Shown here: piece after piece, positions 1 to 11,990 of the stretch | Layout of the letters: each line of letters starts with the position of its first letter | How positions within the stretch are numbered: the stretch's first letter is position 1 | Source: Oculina patagonica | Lineage: Eukaryota | Assembly: GCF_052425735.1 (NCBI RefSeq) | Contig: NC_135761.1 | Span: forward strand, 33,418,338 to 33,482,000 | Length of the DNA stretch: 63,663 nucleotides | Direction of reading: 5' to 3' | Made by a program: the position numbers and the translations under genes | The notes under the pieces: model-generated | Seen by the model: the letters and a program-made list of their open reading frames with translations, nothing else | Told to the model about the DNA's origin: nothing | Databases searched by the model: none

Positions 1-34
1 ATTTGAAACTAAAATGATAGCATGCAGTTCAAGT

Positions 35-820
35 CTAATTTTCATCCAGTTCATCTTGCGCAATGGCAGCTTTTCGCTGGCGTGCATCAATTGCGGCTCT
101 TCTTGGTTGGAATTCTCTGGCATTTGCGTTAAGTATTTTACCTCTCCCTTCTACAGGTCTGTGGCAGGTCAATTCGAGTGGATATAACAGCTGCAGCGGT
201 CTCTCTAAGTATGACTTCCCAGCTCTAAGCCGCACCCCCTCTGACCACTCCATCTCATCCTTGAATCAGTTGTTCCACTATGCCAATCTTCCTTTTTCCT
301 CTGTTGCATTCCTCCCCCTTGATGAGTACTACATCTCCACGTACCAAGGTTGTTTCCTTCGTTTTATGGTTGAGGTTGTGACACTCTCTGAGGGCCTTGA
401 GGTACTCTGTTTCCCATCTCATCCACAGGACGTCCTTGCATCTTCGGATGTACCTGGCTCGTTTTCTGAGGTTAACATCTTCTATACCCATTGGTTCTTC
501 TTTAGGTATCTGGTTGGGTTGCCCATACAGCGTAAGGCTGGGGGTCAGCACTGGCAATTGGACGTTGTCCTCTACGTATCCAAGAGGTCTGTCGTTCATG
601 GTTGCCTCCACGTCTAAGATCACCTCCTCTAGCTCATGCCAGCGCAGGTTTCCATTTCCAATAGCCTTGTACATGCTTTGGCTTTCGAACTGGCCGCCCT
701 ACCATGGGGCTCTGCTGAGGTTAAATTGCCATGTGATACCTTGTTTAGCTAGCCAGTAGTTTATCTTGTCATCTTGTCGGATCTTCTCCAACCATTTTGA
801 CGCGTTTTCCCGTTGTCAGA
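35..820 (-). pseudogene. BEL/Pao LTR retrotransposon integrase C-terminus (DUF5641-like), frameshifted
   Basis: ORFs 255-674 and 35-253 contain VEATMNDRPL, LTPS, WMRWETEYLKAL, GDVVLIK and LERPLQLLYPLE, typical of the BEL/Pao pol end; DNGKT-like motif near 800-817. Confidence 0.9.
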
Positions 821-840
821 GAAGATTTTTTCCAGCCGTC

Positions 841-1710
841 TTAAGCTGCCCTTTCATAGATTTTGCCCCTCTCAAAGTTCTTAAATTTCTTAGGTTTATG
901 CAAGCTCTCATCCAGCTTGTTATGAATAAAAAACCATGAGCTGTCAAACTCTTTATGTCCAAATAGTCCCAGTAATGCTGGTATCTTGCTGGCAAGAGCC
1001 TTTGAGCCTTGTATGACATCAACATAATTACTTCCACAAAGCTTAACACTTTCACATTCTGGTATCTTGACTGTTATCAACTCTTCAGTTCAGTGGGAGA
1101 TTAAATTTAGTGACTCTTCAGTCTTTTCTTCTGAAAAGACACTTTCACTGCTATGGGCTCTAAAAGATGTGCTTGGCTGAGAGACAGATTCTTTTCCCTT
1201 GGCTGGATCCAGTACTGAGTGCCAGACATCTTCAGCCTTGTCAACAAATCGTGGTGCAAGGATGGTGTCATCATAGGTCACAGTATGTTTGGCATAGTCA
1301 TGCTCATGGTTTATTAGCCTACACAAGTAAGCATTTTGGTAAGATAGATGAAAGTACAATCCGGATTGTATTTTGTATTTCGTTAAGGTCTTCAAGAAAT
1401 GGTTTGAAACATTAACACTAGTTTCATTTAGTCTATTTTCTACTTTGCTGCTAATTTTAGAGACATCTCTTGACAACCAGTCACTTTTGTCTACATTTGA
1501 GCCGTCCCCTTGCCGCATCAAATGTTCCAAACGTTTCATATTGTCGAACGATGGCAAGAACTGTGCTTTTACTTACACGAACTTCTCTTGATATTGATGT
1601 CCGTCCCTCTGCAGTCAAATAAATATCGATTATCCGTCTTCTGGTTTCCTTGTTGAGAGGCCTACCTGGCTTGAATTCCCGACCAAAGATATAAACGGTA
1701 ACAGGTCGCA
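841..1710 (-). pseudogene. Decayed gene with a paired(PAI)-like HTH N-terminus and the start of a YqaJ-like exonuclease domain
   Basis: ORF 1481-1822 has FGREFKPGRPLNKETRRRIIDIYL..ISREVRVSKSTV..IVRQY (paired-like). ORF 841-1080 has IQGSK..ASKIPALLG..FERGKIYERAA (YqaJ-like). Frameshifted and cut off by the BEL fragment. Confidence 0.55.
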
Positions 1711-1999
1711 ACATTTTGAAAATTCCCTTCAAATTGAAATTTCCTTTCGATTTCCCAAATCGCTCTTGAAATCTCCAGAAACACAAGGAAATGCCCAAAT
1801 ATGGAAAGCGAAACTGTGTCACGTTGTTTGAAATTTTGGAATCACTGGTCGTGCGTGACGTAGATTGACTCTAATAAACTTGTGTAGGTATAAAACATTC
1901 CAGAAGGAATGCTCATCTGAAAAATATTCAAACAAGACAAATTGCGGCAAATATTAATCCAAATAAGATCTATAAATTGTGTTCTGTGGTATAAGTTAA

Positions 2000-3066
2000 A
2001 AACGAAAATAAGTGCCGATGCATGCACGAAGCAGACAATACATCATAAAATACTTTAATATGAAGCAATCTGGATCGTCCTTCCTTTGCTTCCATCATTA
2101 TGACAAGAATAACGTTATTGGTACATTTCAAATACATTACAAATAGAAATGGCTTGCAGTTTTGAATGCAAAATACCTGTTCTGTGAGTGACATAAGCAG
2201 TCATATCTCCACACAGGGCAAGTTCACCATTCATTCTTGTGGCAATGTCATGACATACTTTCCACGTATTTTTCCAAGCACTCGGCTTCTAAACTCTTTA
2301 TCTCTTCAAGTGTGATTTTCTCAAGTTCTTCCTAAGAGAGCCCTTCTAGTGCCTGATACTACTGCCACTTCATTGTGGACCCATCAGCCAATGCATCCCC
2401 TGCAATAAAAACCCACACCATAATAATATCAAGGTATCATATTGAATAAGGTAATATAACATAATAAGTATCTGCACATTTTAAAAATAACTTATGTATA
2501 TATATAGCTCAATCGAAGTCCTATTTTGGTAACATGGTATATACTTTGCTACCTATTACTGCATTCGTCCTATCTGCTTCATTCTGCCCTGAATCATTTC
2601 TTGCCCTATGTATTCGGTGTTTCCTTGCACTACTGTGAAGCCTGACTATCTCAGCATCCCTGAATCTCACGTGGGTATTAGAAACCCCGACGCCTGGTCC
2701 TGCATCAGTTAAGTCAAAAACATCGCAAATGGGAGGTAATTTGTAGGAATCAATAAGCTGTAGTGTACCATCAATAAGACTGTTAGAATCACAGAAGAGC
2801 TCTGCACCAGTTTTCTGCCGTCTTTTTACTTTTTCTTCCAGTGACTTGACAGCGTCATAAATCATATTTACCTTGTCAATTATCTCGCTACCTAATGCTT
2901 TGTCGTGGTCAGGAGCTTTTGGCTTAAGTACTTGATTCCAAAGCAGTTTTGCTGAGTCTAAGTACTGAATTAAATGCTTTACTCTGCAGTGCTCACACTC
3001 CCTGAATCTGCAGTGAGCATGCTTTGTTACACAATTAACATCATTCTTCATGGTTGTGTCTATCAA
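2000..3066 (-). pseudogene. Intron-containing DDE-transposase-like relic (Zator/IS630-like, TDAGPG type)
   Basis: ORF 2521-3066 LTDAGPGVGVSN...SGQNEADRTN; a GT-AG intron at ~2402-2556 joins NAVIG to DALADG; in-frame stops in the downstream exon. Confidence 0.45.
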
Positions 3067-3184
3067 TAAAAAATTTTAAAAATCTAACATATTTCGAGAT
3101 AGTTGGTTGTGTGGAGTGGAAAATAAACAGTGATGAAACCACCTCACCAGGATGTCATTCCCCTTCTTGTTGAGGTGAAGTTGA

Positions 3185-3700
3185 TCATCGCTGTACAAGT
3201 TTCGGTTGTACAGGGATGATGGCAGCTTGTGGCAAACCACAGAGTCTGAAAAAAACCCTGAATCTTAGTATTAGAAACATAAGCTGAAAGATGATTAAAA
3301 CGGGGCAAAATGGGGAATACATGAATATAAGCGTTTGAAAACTTTGAACGGAGGCAAAATAAAATTTCAATTAAAGTTGAAGAAATGGTGGCGGGAGAGT
3401 TTTGAGAAGGGAAATATGGCTGACAGAGGAGGGAATATTCATGGTCTCGACTCTGAATAGGACTGCTTCCACAGTGTCGCCTGCGATGCCTGCAGTTAAC
3501 ACTGTGGAAGCGGAGAAAAAGTCAGTGTAACATGAAGCAAACCTCTCTAGATTTTTTGTGATGGAGTCGCCTATCAGCAACACTTCTTTCCCTGGGAAGT
3601 TCTTTGTTATTTCCTCCATCTCTTTACTTTTTCATTTTCGTCTCCACGGTTCAAGTTGTTGCTCATCGATCCATCTGTAGTCAGGAAAAGAAGCGAATTT
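3185..3700 (-). pseudogene. SGNH/GDSL hydrolase fragment
   Basis: ORF 3371-3619 VLLIGDSI (block I) and AGIAGDTVEAVLFRV (block II); broken downstream. Confidence 0.7.
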
Positions 3701-3859
3701 AGTGTTTGTAAGCGATCGCATTATAAATGAAAACTTTATTTCATTGTTGAAAAAAAGTGCATCTTCATATGTGTTTGTGCAAAATGCCTACCGTAATCGA
3801 TTTGTGAACAGCTTGAAAATGGCTTGTGTTTATAAGGTTCTACCAGGTGGGAAACATTG

Positions 3860-4755
3860 TCATTGGAACTTCCTTGCAGATTAATTCATACCTTACAGGA
3901 TAGGCTGTTTAATACAATGTTACTTACCTTGAAGCCATGTTTTTGATGAAACCAAGGGCAAGGTCTTTTCTGTGATTCTGCGACAGAGAAATGCAGAAAT
4001 TTTAGGAGAAAAGTTACTTCCAAAACAACTATTTTATGAGCCACTTGCTAGTATATTCTCAAGACTAATGAAACAAGTAAAAGCTCTCTTCCAAGCTTGG
4101 CGAAAAATAAAGATATAATTTGGATGCGATTGTAAAATATCGCCATTTTACTTACCAAGAGAATGCAAAAGCCGCATTCAAATTTTTCCCCCTCACTGGA
4201 GAAGTTGCTTCACGTGCAGACTGGATGTGTAATTTGTTAAGTGATGATTCAGATACAAAAAAGTGCCAGGCGTCGTGGAGTGTTCTCTTCCACCCTGCCT
4301 GCCTCCAAAACACAACACATTCTACTGGATGATCCAATTTTTTAGCGACTTCAATGCTGTAATCATCGACAGAAGAGGAGACAGTGATTCGTATCCGGTT
4401 GGTTTAAATCCTCACTAAATGCACAGTTTTGATAAACAAAAACTTGAACAGTAAGAAATTTCGTGGTGCCCTTCGCATGTTTTCAGCAGTTAGGTTCTTC
4501 TTGCTCAACTTCAAAAATCTGTCAAAAAAAATCTGTCAACCAATCAAAGGTGCACTGTAAAAAAAACTTTCACACGATTGGTTACTAGTTCGCGACAAAA
4601 GTCGTCTACGTCATCTCCTCGTGCGTCTCGCGCGCAAGGCCTGTTCTAAAAATAACCTACACACGAATCTGATAGCATAAGACCCATTACCAGAGATGTG
4701 GACTTCTAGATTATGTACTTCTGGTCTCGTGCAAGCGCCCACTGTGAGAAGACTA
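3860..4755. mobile_element. Possible terminus of a DNA transposon (Academ-like TAGTC end)
   Basis: Ends in ...GAGAAGACTA (reverse complement TAGTCTTCTC), the same TAGTC start as the 49707-54042 element; partner end not found. Confidence 0.3.
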
Positions 4756-4959
4756 AGCTCCTTCCACTAAAGACCTTATACAGCCTGTTATATTATACAT
4801 CAGCCAAAGAATAATGTTTAATAAGAAGTAGAAGCTTCCTTCGCCGTTAATTTTGTTTAATTTGCAATACTTTGTAAGCTGTGCTAAAAATAGGGGGTTG
4901 TACAGTACAGTGTTTAAACAAGGCCTTAAAAGGCCCTTGTGTTGTGTTCTCTCATAATG

Positions 4960-5105
4960 CATTTCTTCACCTGGGGGCATAAATGGGTAAATAGTTTAGG
5001 CAGCCTGAAATGTTGAAATGTTAAGAATGTTTTACATAGGGGGGGCAGAGAGAGGGGCATAATCTAAGATGAAGCAACATTCCTAGTTCCTTCATGCTAC
5101 ATATT
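4960..5105 (+). mobile_element. Degraded SINE remnant
   Basis: cacctgggggcataaatgggta and ctagttccttcatgctac resemble the central and 3' parts of the SINEs at 42000 and 59608. Confidence 0.5.
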
Positions 5106-5239
5106 CAAACTATTTATTAGAGAACAGAACGGTCGATAGATAGATAGATAGATAGATACTTTATTAGCGTGAAATAATCTTAGCTTTATGGCTAGTTTAC
5201 AGTTATTTCACGAAGTGAAACAATTAAAACATATCCATA

Positions 5240-6290
5240 GCGGCGTTCGAAAATGGTGGGAATCCGGCCCCAACTTGGTACTTGGCCCATGAACTGGTCA
5301 AGGGGTTTTCTGCATAGTTTCCAGCAGACGACACACTTGTTTACAACGGCCTTGGCCATTTTTCTGAGCGTTATTATCCAGTACTTTCGTCTCACTTTGT
5401 GCATTAACCTCTTGTAGCTGCAGTGCCCTTGTTTCTGGTGCAGGTGACGTAAGAGGAAGATCGCCAGTTGATGGTCTCTAGGCAACTCGATAGGGTTCCT
5501 TATTTCTTTCAGGAGGATTCTTGCATTCTTGCATTTTTCAAGGCGGCCATGAGCTCTGATCAGCCCCTCCTTGTCTGTTTTAGCGATGAGCCTCTTGTCA
5601 AGGTGTGGTAGTACGTCTTTGTGGAGTTGACTCCATTTAAGAAGTTGTGATGCTGAGTGCAAGAGCTCCTGAACTGTCAGAGAACCTTTAGAAACAGCTC
5701 TAGGTCTCATTACTTCAACAAAACGACAACATAGGTCAGGACTCTGCGGATCTTTGAGAATGATGAGCATCTTTGCAATAAGTAGCAGAAGATAGGGTTG
5801 TCCTCTTTAACTGCAGGTACAGAGGTGGCATAAAACTCTCCGGTCGTACCGATGGTTTTGTCAACTTGCTTCTGTTTCATGACAACCTTTATTTCTTTGG
5901 AAGTGTCTGCTCGTTCCTGTTGACGAGCCTGGTGATTATCTTGAAATTGAGGCCACTCAGTTTCTGGTAACTTCAGAAATGCCGGTCCTGACATCGAGCT
6001 TTCGAGGTCCTCGGGTGCAATTCCGCTTGTGAGGGCATCTGCTGGGTTATACTTGGATTTGATGTAGCAGAATTGTTCTGATCCCACTGTTTCTTGGATT
6101 TCTGCAACTCGAACCGAAACAAATGGTCTGACTTCTCGACCTGGCATCTTGATCCACGATAAGACACTTCGAGAGTCTTGTCATAATCATTGAAATTAAC
6201 CAAGGTCAGCGCCTCTTGCCACGTGTTGTAAATCCTTGCAAGTGCTAGGCATCCCAAGAGTTCAAGTCAAGGGATAGTTTTTTGTTTCAG
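5240..6290 (-). pseudogene. BEL/Pao pol fragment (RNase H to integrase zinc finger), copy 1
   Basis: LGCLALARI, PFVSVRVAEIQE, NPADALT, LPRDH and H..GH...CVVC; multiple frameshifts. Confidence 0.9.
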
Positions 6291-6314
6291 CGCGTCTTTT
6301 TTGGTGATTTGCTT

Positions 6315-6545
6315 TTAGAGTGTTAAAAAGGAGTCAGAAAAAGAGTAGGTATTGGGTTCGTGTTGATGGGTTTGCCATCTGGGAAATGATTAGAGGAAGT
6401 CCTTTCTACCCTTCTAAACCTAAATACACCATGTCTCAATCATTGCATCTTTGGGCTTGTGGAATGACAATGTTTCTACATGTGAGTGAAGGACCCATTT
6501 TTCAGGATACCTCCGATCTACAGAACCCCTTTCAACGGCTAATTT
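6315..6545 (-). pseudogene. THAP domain fragment, copy 1 (more deleted)
   Basis: Nucleotide match to 27415-27705. Confidence 0.6.
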
Positions 6546-7381
6546 ACTAACAAGCTATAATAATATCTCGCTGAGAAGTACACTAGCTAGCTGTCTAGCT
6601 GCCTCACTTGCAGATCTTTAGTTAACCTACAATGATAACAGACAGAAACATTGTTTACACAAAAAATAGTTATTTCGATATCTTTCAACCTTTAGCTATA
6701 CTATTATGTACATGATTTAATTCTAGAACTCACTTCCCCAAAAAACAGTTGTGCAATAAGAATGGCTAAAAATACATTTTCGATAGTCTTAAAGCCTCAA
6801 TGTAAACATAACGAAAACCATTTTTTGTCGAGGGATGCTTTCATTTTAGGCCAAAACATTTACATTCAAGTAAAATTCTTTTTTTAAATATGTCATAGTT
6901 GCTCCCATCTGGGAGGTATATGTTAAAATACATTTGAAATACATCTTTGAAAAGAAGAGTTTGCATTGTGAACTAAACATGGCGGCCTCGCGATTCACAC
7001 GCAAATAGTATCCAACATAAAGCACGAAGAATTGATGATATTTCAACCAGATAAACGATCACTCACCAGATTACAGTCACTGAAGGTGTATATACATCAA
7101 CATGATCCTCAGAAAAAGGTACAGGCACTTGACTTTATGTTGAATATGAATGCTCGATGAACGAACGGACACCATTATGGCAATGGTGAACTGGAGAAAT
7201 TATTGTGTAGTAAGCTTGTTTTGATTGATATTGCTTACAAAACAAAGGCTAAATATGATTGTTTCGATTAGAAAGTGACCCAACAGGTAAGATTCTATGC
7301 GGCTGAGGGCAGTTTCACTGTTGCAATTGTTTTTGTTGGTGAGCAGACAAAATAATAATTTCGCCAAAATACGCAGAAGCT

Positions 7382-7551
7382 GTTTTTTGGGGGTCTTTCA
7401 TAAATTTCCCAAAAATTTTAAAGACCCCCCCCCCCATTTTTTATTTTTTTATAATTGTTTTTTTTTTAATTTTTTTTTTTTTTTGTCTGCCCCTTTTTTT
7501 TTTTGAAAATGGGGTTTTTTTTTTTTTTTTCACCACAAAAAAAATTTTTAA

Positions 7552-7589
<38 letters not shown>

Positions 7590-7660
7590 ATATAAAAAAA
7601 AAAAAATTTTCCCCCAAAAAAAAAAAAAAAAAAAAAAAATTTTTTTCCTTTCTTTTTTTT
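7382..7660. other. Homopolymer-smeared low-complexity tract, probable sequencing or assembly artefact
   Basis: Its start follows the paralog at 29550+ but with bases collapsed into long runs. Confidence 0.7.
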
Positions 7661-8185
7661 ACACAGAGTTGCTCTTAACATGTCATGGGACAAACATTTT
7701 CACTGCACCGAAGTGCATGTTCTCGCATAAACAAAGTCTCACTTATGGGAAGGACACAATCTTACCTGCTGACAAATTTTCTGTTCTGACCATCTATCTA
7801 CTGACTCTTCATGGACAGTATTTAGTAGCAATAGGCATTATACAACTGATATCTATACTACTCTATAGATTGGTAACCTGGCATGTTGAGCTACAAAACA
7901 ATATACAGATATTAAAAGACACATCTATTCAGGTACATTGCAAATATCCACGTAAAGTTATTGAAAGTGACACTTTCAGAACATTCCAAATATGCTGCCC
8001 ACAGTCTGATAATCATTCTCATAATGAGGTAACAAGCCTTTGTCAAAGTATTTTTCCTTCACTGCTTGCATAATCAGTTTGAAGAACTCTTTCCTTGGAC
8101 CTCCAAGATCCTGGGCTTCCTGTTGTAATCAATAATTGATCATGAACTAAGATAACTTAAGTTCATAGAAAATTATCCATAAAAA

Positions 8186-8528
8186 CTTTTTTTTTTTTTT
8201 TTTTTTTTTCTCGAATAATAAACAAAACAACCTCTTCACCTACCCTCTCACTTCTCTCTTACACTTATTAGAGACTACACTAATCTACCCAAGTGAACTT
8301 GACCATTCCTCATGCCCCTACAGTTGCTATCGTCACCCACATCCCTACCTGCTCAGTGAGGGACTGAGAGAATCATGGGGTTGCGTGTCCGCCGCACGTT
8401 AAACAAACCCGCCCACAATCAAAGTGCCGTTTGACCATATAGTGGAAAGACTTAAGAATCTAAAGGGAAAAGAGGGGAGTGTGATATGCGGTGGGGGGTT
8501 TGTGTCGGCAAATTGAAGTTGTTAATTG
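8186..8528 (-). mobile_element. Short poly(A) retroposed insertion
   Basis: Poly-T at 8187-8209; TSD CATAAAAA at 8178-8185 and 8529-8536; absent from the paralogous site near 30560. Confidence 0.8.
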
Positions 8529-9011
8529 CATAAAAAGCTATGACATGTAACATTTTAACCAGCTGCGACCGATTAAGGCAGACAAATTTTTCTTGAAAGG
8601 CAACATCCTACAGAATTTTTTTATAACTTTTGTATGATATAACACTGTACAGTACATTACTTCCAAAAATAATCACTAACATTATTTAGCTAATTTGCAT
8701 AATTAGACTGTGTGCAACCTAATGCTGGTACTGATAACTAATTGGGGAAGAGAAAGTACTCTTGCTATAAAAATATTTCATACCATCAGGTAATTTTGGT
8801 TGCAAGCACATAATCACCAGCATAAAATACAGAATATTTAAAACATCAAATCAAAAAGGTTTGTCATGTAGTCTTTCCAGTTAATAAACAAGTAACATAC
8901 AATTTTGGTCACACTATATAAAAGAGAGCTGTCTATCAAAATTCCAAAATTCTGATGAAAGAGTTATGCATTTTATTAATGGTGCCCTGTGGTTGGTGAT
9001 TAGAAACTTAC

Positions 9012-9320
9012 CTCACCATAAAACTGCACTTCCAGTGTTAGACGTTTGTTTGTTAGAAGCTTGATTTCATCCATGCCTGTGTCTAACACTTTGTCACGGT
9101 TGACAAAAATCTGGTTGGTTTCTCCTTCTGAACAATCACGAGTAGGATCATTCACCTCAAGCATTCTACCTTGTATTATTTGTGTCTGATAAAACCGTAG
9201 GATTTCTACAGGGTTGTTGTCAAGTCCTTCCTTTCGACAATGTTAAGCTGACTCCCTAACAATCTGGACAATGGTATCATGACTTCTCTCTACAGATAAG
9301 CTGACACCTGGGAACCCTGC
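9012..9320 (-). pseudogene. HECT-type E3 ligase-like exon (N-lobe start)
   Basis: Manual translation NPVEILRFYQ..GETNQIFVNRDKVLDTGMDEI..TLEVQFYGE followed by donor GTAAGT; homologous to the relic at 31180-31520. Confidence 0.55.
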
Positions 9321-9514
9321 TATCACAAGAATAAAATGAGTATGAATATAGCTAATGACCAAAGATTAGGGGGTTGGGGCCAGTTGTGTGTGTGTGTGGG
9401 GGAGGGGTTGTCTAATATTCGTCACCATCAGTTCTTCAATTATTTCACAGGCAGTTCTGAGGTTAGCAGTGATTTTTCCATAAGGCCTGTAATGACAGTA
9501 ACTTGTTTTTTAAA

Positions 9515-10625
9515 TTAATTTGTGCTGACATTTTGAAGAATAGCGAGAACCTTTCCTGCCAAATTGACATTCCAAATGTCTACCTTCTCAAGAATGTCTT
9601 CTTCTGTTTTCATGTTCTCACAGTTTTCCACAATTTGTTTAACAACATTGGTTGTGAAACCAAGGCTGTGATCAGCTGATAGGAGACATGCATCCTCTGC
9701 CAGTGAATCTCTTAGAAGAAACAACTCATTTTCAAGAATCTTTTTCTTTTCACTAGTAAAACTGAAACATTCATTTTTTCCAGTGTTTTACACGCCTGTG
9801 CGGGTTCTTCAATCTCCATTGATTCCATTGCTTCATTAAGGATACAATCATCACAGTGACATTTGCGTGTGCAAATGTCACAGCAATAATGCCCAGTAAC
9901 TTTCGAGCTTTGTATTTCCCTCTGGGCATCCGCCTCTCCATCCAGGTATGCCAGAAGCAATAATCGACGACATTTTGAGTTGTTTGTGACAGTTTCATTT
10001 TCGAAAGGTTACAAATTTCCGATTCATACTTTGATTTCTTTTTGTGAAACTTTGAGGCACAGATTCCAAACTCTTTGTTCCATCCCCTCCACACCTTCCG
10101 GCTTCCTGAGCATAGCTTAACAGATTTGATGGTGATCTAAAGTGAATTACTTGTGACACGTCAGGACAGTTAACTCCCATGCCAAAAGCTACTGTAGCAA
10201 TTACTACTCGTAGTTCACTGTCTGTTACAAAATTGGCTGAAAATGGATTTTTTTTGAAGTGTCATCAGTTATGTTGGTAAACATGTTAACCAAGTTCTGA
10301 TTTCCAAACTTTTGGATAAAATACTCATTAATCACTGCACAATCATTCCTTAAAAAACAAAAAACAATAACTTTGGTGGCCTTCCTTCCATTGCTTTTGA
10401 GATCACTGACAACTTCTCCAAAAACCCCATCAAGTAACTCCTCCCTTTTGTCTAATTCATCATCAGGTAGAGTTTCCATTTTTTCAACTTTCTAAATTAT
10501 GCTAGCTCTGTTGCTTGATGTCTTAACAAGAGTACACTCGTACATACCAAGTGCCTTTGTAATGTCATTCACCATTTGTTGTGTTGCAGTGGCAGTGAGT
10601 GCAGCTGAAGGGCTGGCATTAGTTG
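9515..10625 (-). pseudogene. RecQ-like SF2 helicase relic (AcademH-type)
   Basis: ALTATAT (motif III), KVIVFC, VVIATVAFGMGVNCPDV, SYAQEAGR and CCDIC zinc motif, spread over frameshifted ORFs. Confidence 0.85.
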
Positions 10626-11000
10626 AAGGATCAAATTGTTCAGCAGTGACGCCATCTGCTTGGAATTCCCCCTAGCTGTCCCCATTGGACATTTGTTTGA
10701 CAGAGTGGATTAATGCTGTTTCTCTGGTTTCAGCCAAAAAAGGACCTGAGTCAAAAGTATTCTGAAAATTTGTACTCCCTAACATTTGAGGCAAAAAGAA
10801 ATTATTTAAGAATCAATAATAATTATTGATTCTAATTATTAGTCTGGTCTCACGGGTTTTGCTGTCATATTCCCTCTTTGTGGTAATTACATTCCATATT
10901 AAAGCAGCGTGTTTAACATTTTGGTGCCAAAGATTTAATTACCAACTCCCACTCATTCAACTTTGATGTAATTTTCTTTCTGATTGGATCTTGCCTTTTC

Positions 11001-11159
11001 AATAGCCCAATTTCGATATTTTAAAATTCAGCCTAAAACAATAGACATCACTACGAGGCCCCGGAAATAAACCTCACAAACTCTATAGTTTAGTGCCTAG
11101 AGCCTCATCCTGAGGTCTATTGTTTATGTTGAATTTTAATATATCGAAATTGGGCTATT
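11001..11159. mobile_element. Palindromic MITE
   Basis: TIRs AATAGCCCAATTTCGATA...TATCGAAATTGGGCTATT extending imperfectly inward. Confidence 0.8.
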
Positions 11160-11499
11160 ATACACCACGCAAAATTAAATGGTTACAGATGTAGCCTTAA
11201 TGTAAAATTTAAATATGGTTACAGTAATTGAGCTTTAATCCAGAAATCACTGAAGGATGCTACATGTAGCCTTACAGCAGTGCTTTAGAAATAATTATTT
11301 CAAAGCAATTTGAAGGATATGTATATTGCCAACTGAATTTATATGCTCTGTATCAATGAAAAGCATGAGAATGGACAGCAATGAAAAGGATGAGAATGGA
11401 CAGATGAGGGAAATTGGCAGGCAAATGAATTTTCACCAGAATTCTCTCACAAAAGTAAATTAAAAAACCCTATGCAATAATATTCGTGTAAACAATTTT

Positions 11500-11990
11500 T
11501 TGGAAAAGTGCTTATTTGTTATTGACAAAAATAGACTTTTCGGGGAAGCCCCTTCTTCAGTCTTAAATGAGCCGTTGATACAATGTATGTTAACTGTTGC
11601 GCGCACAACGGCGTGGATGTACTTAAAAGTGTTGCGTGTGCGAGCCTAAGCGAAAAGAAAAATTAATTAAAATTTAAAGTCACTAGGGGCAAGTGTTTTT
11701 AGCTGGAAGATCAGCCGTTTCTCCTCGCATTGACACACTGCTGTTCCTCCGTTCATTTTCCTTACCACGGACACTCTCATGTCTTGGATGTTATTGTGGT
11801 CAGGAAGGTTGAAGTGTTTGGCAACGGGAAAGCCACCCCCTTGGTAGCAGGGGTGCTGATGATAGCCCTCCACTGAACGCAGGTGTTCACCAAAACGGTC
11901 AGAAAGCCTGCGACCAGTTTTGCAAATGTACATCTTGTGACCGCGTTGACACACGATAACATAGACTACGCCAGCTACAGTGAAAGCCAA
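11500..11990 (-). mobile_element. Penelope-like element 3' end (GIY-YIG endonuclease plus downstream non-coding end)
   Basis: ORF 11667-11999 VVYVIVC..MYICKTGRRLSDRFGEH; a CTGAAGA-stem-GAAA motif lies downstream. Confidence 0.85.
11535..11566 (-). ncRNA. Minimal hammerhead-ribozyme-like motif of the Penelope element
   Basis: Minus strand reads AAGA CTGAAGA A GGGG CTT CCCC GAAA AGTC; stems I and III are weak. Confidence 0.4.

Noticed and set aside
63-759. Plus-strand ORFs of 184 and 120 aa
   Set aside because: Antisense shadows of the BEL/Pao integrase region
1481-1822. Pax gene
   Set aside because: Only a PAI-like half is present; it is frameshifted, followed by nuclease-like sequence, and has no RED subdomain or homeobox
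7297-7693. Poly-Phe and poly-Lys ORFs
   Set aside because: Translation of homopolymer tracts that are probably artefactual
7669-8073. 134-aa ORF shared with 29960-30454
   Set aside because: The frame is broken in the paralog and no motif is recognisable; the similarity reflects the duplication
9515-10625. Functional host RecQ/WRN/BLM gene
   Set aside because: Multiple frameshifts and stops, no DEAH motif found, and a transposon-rich context
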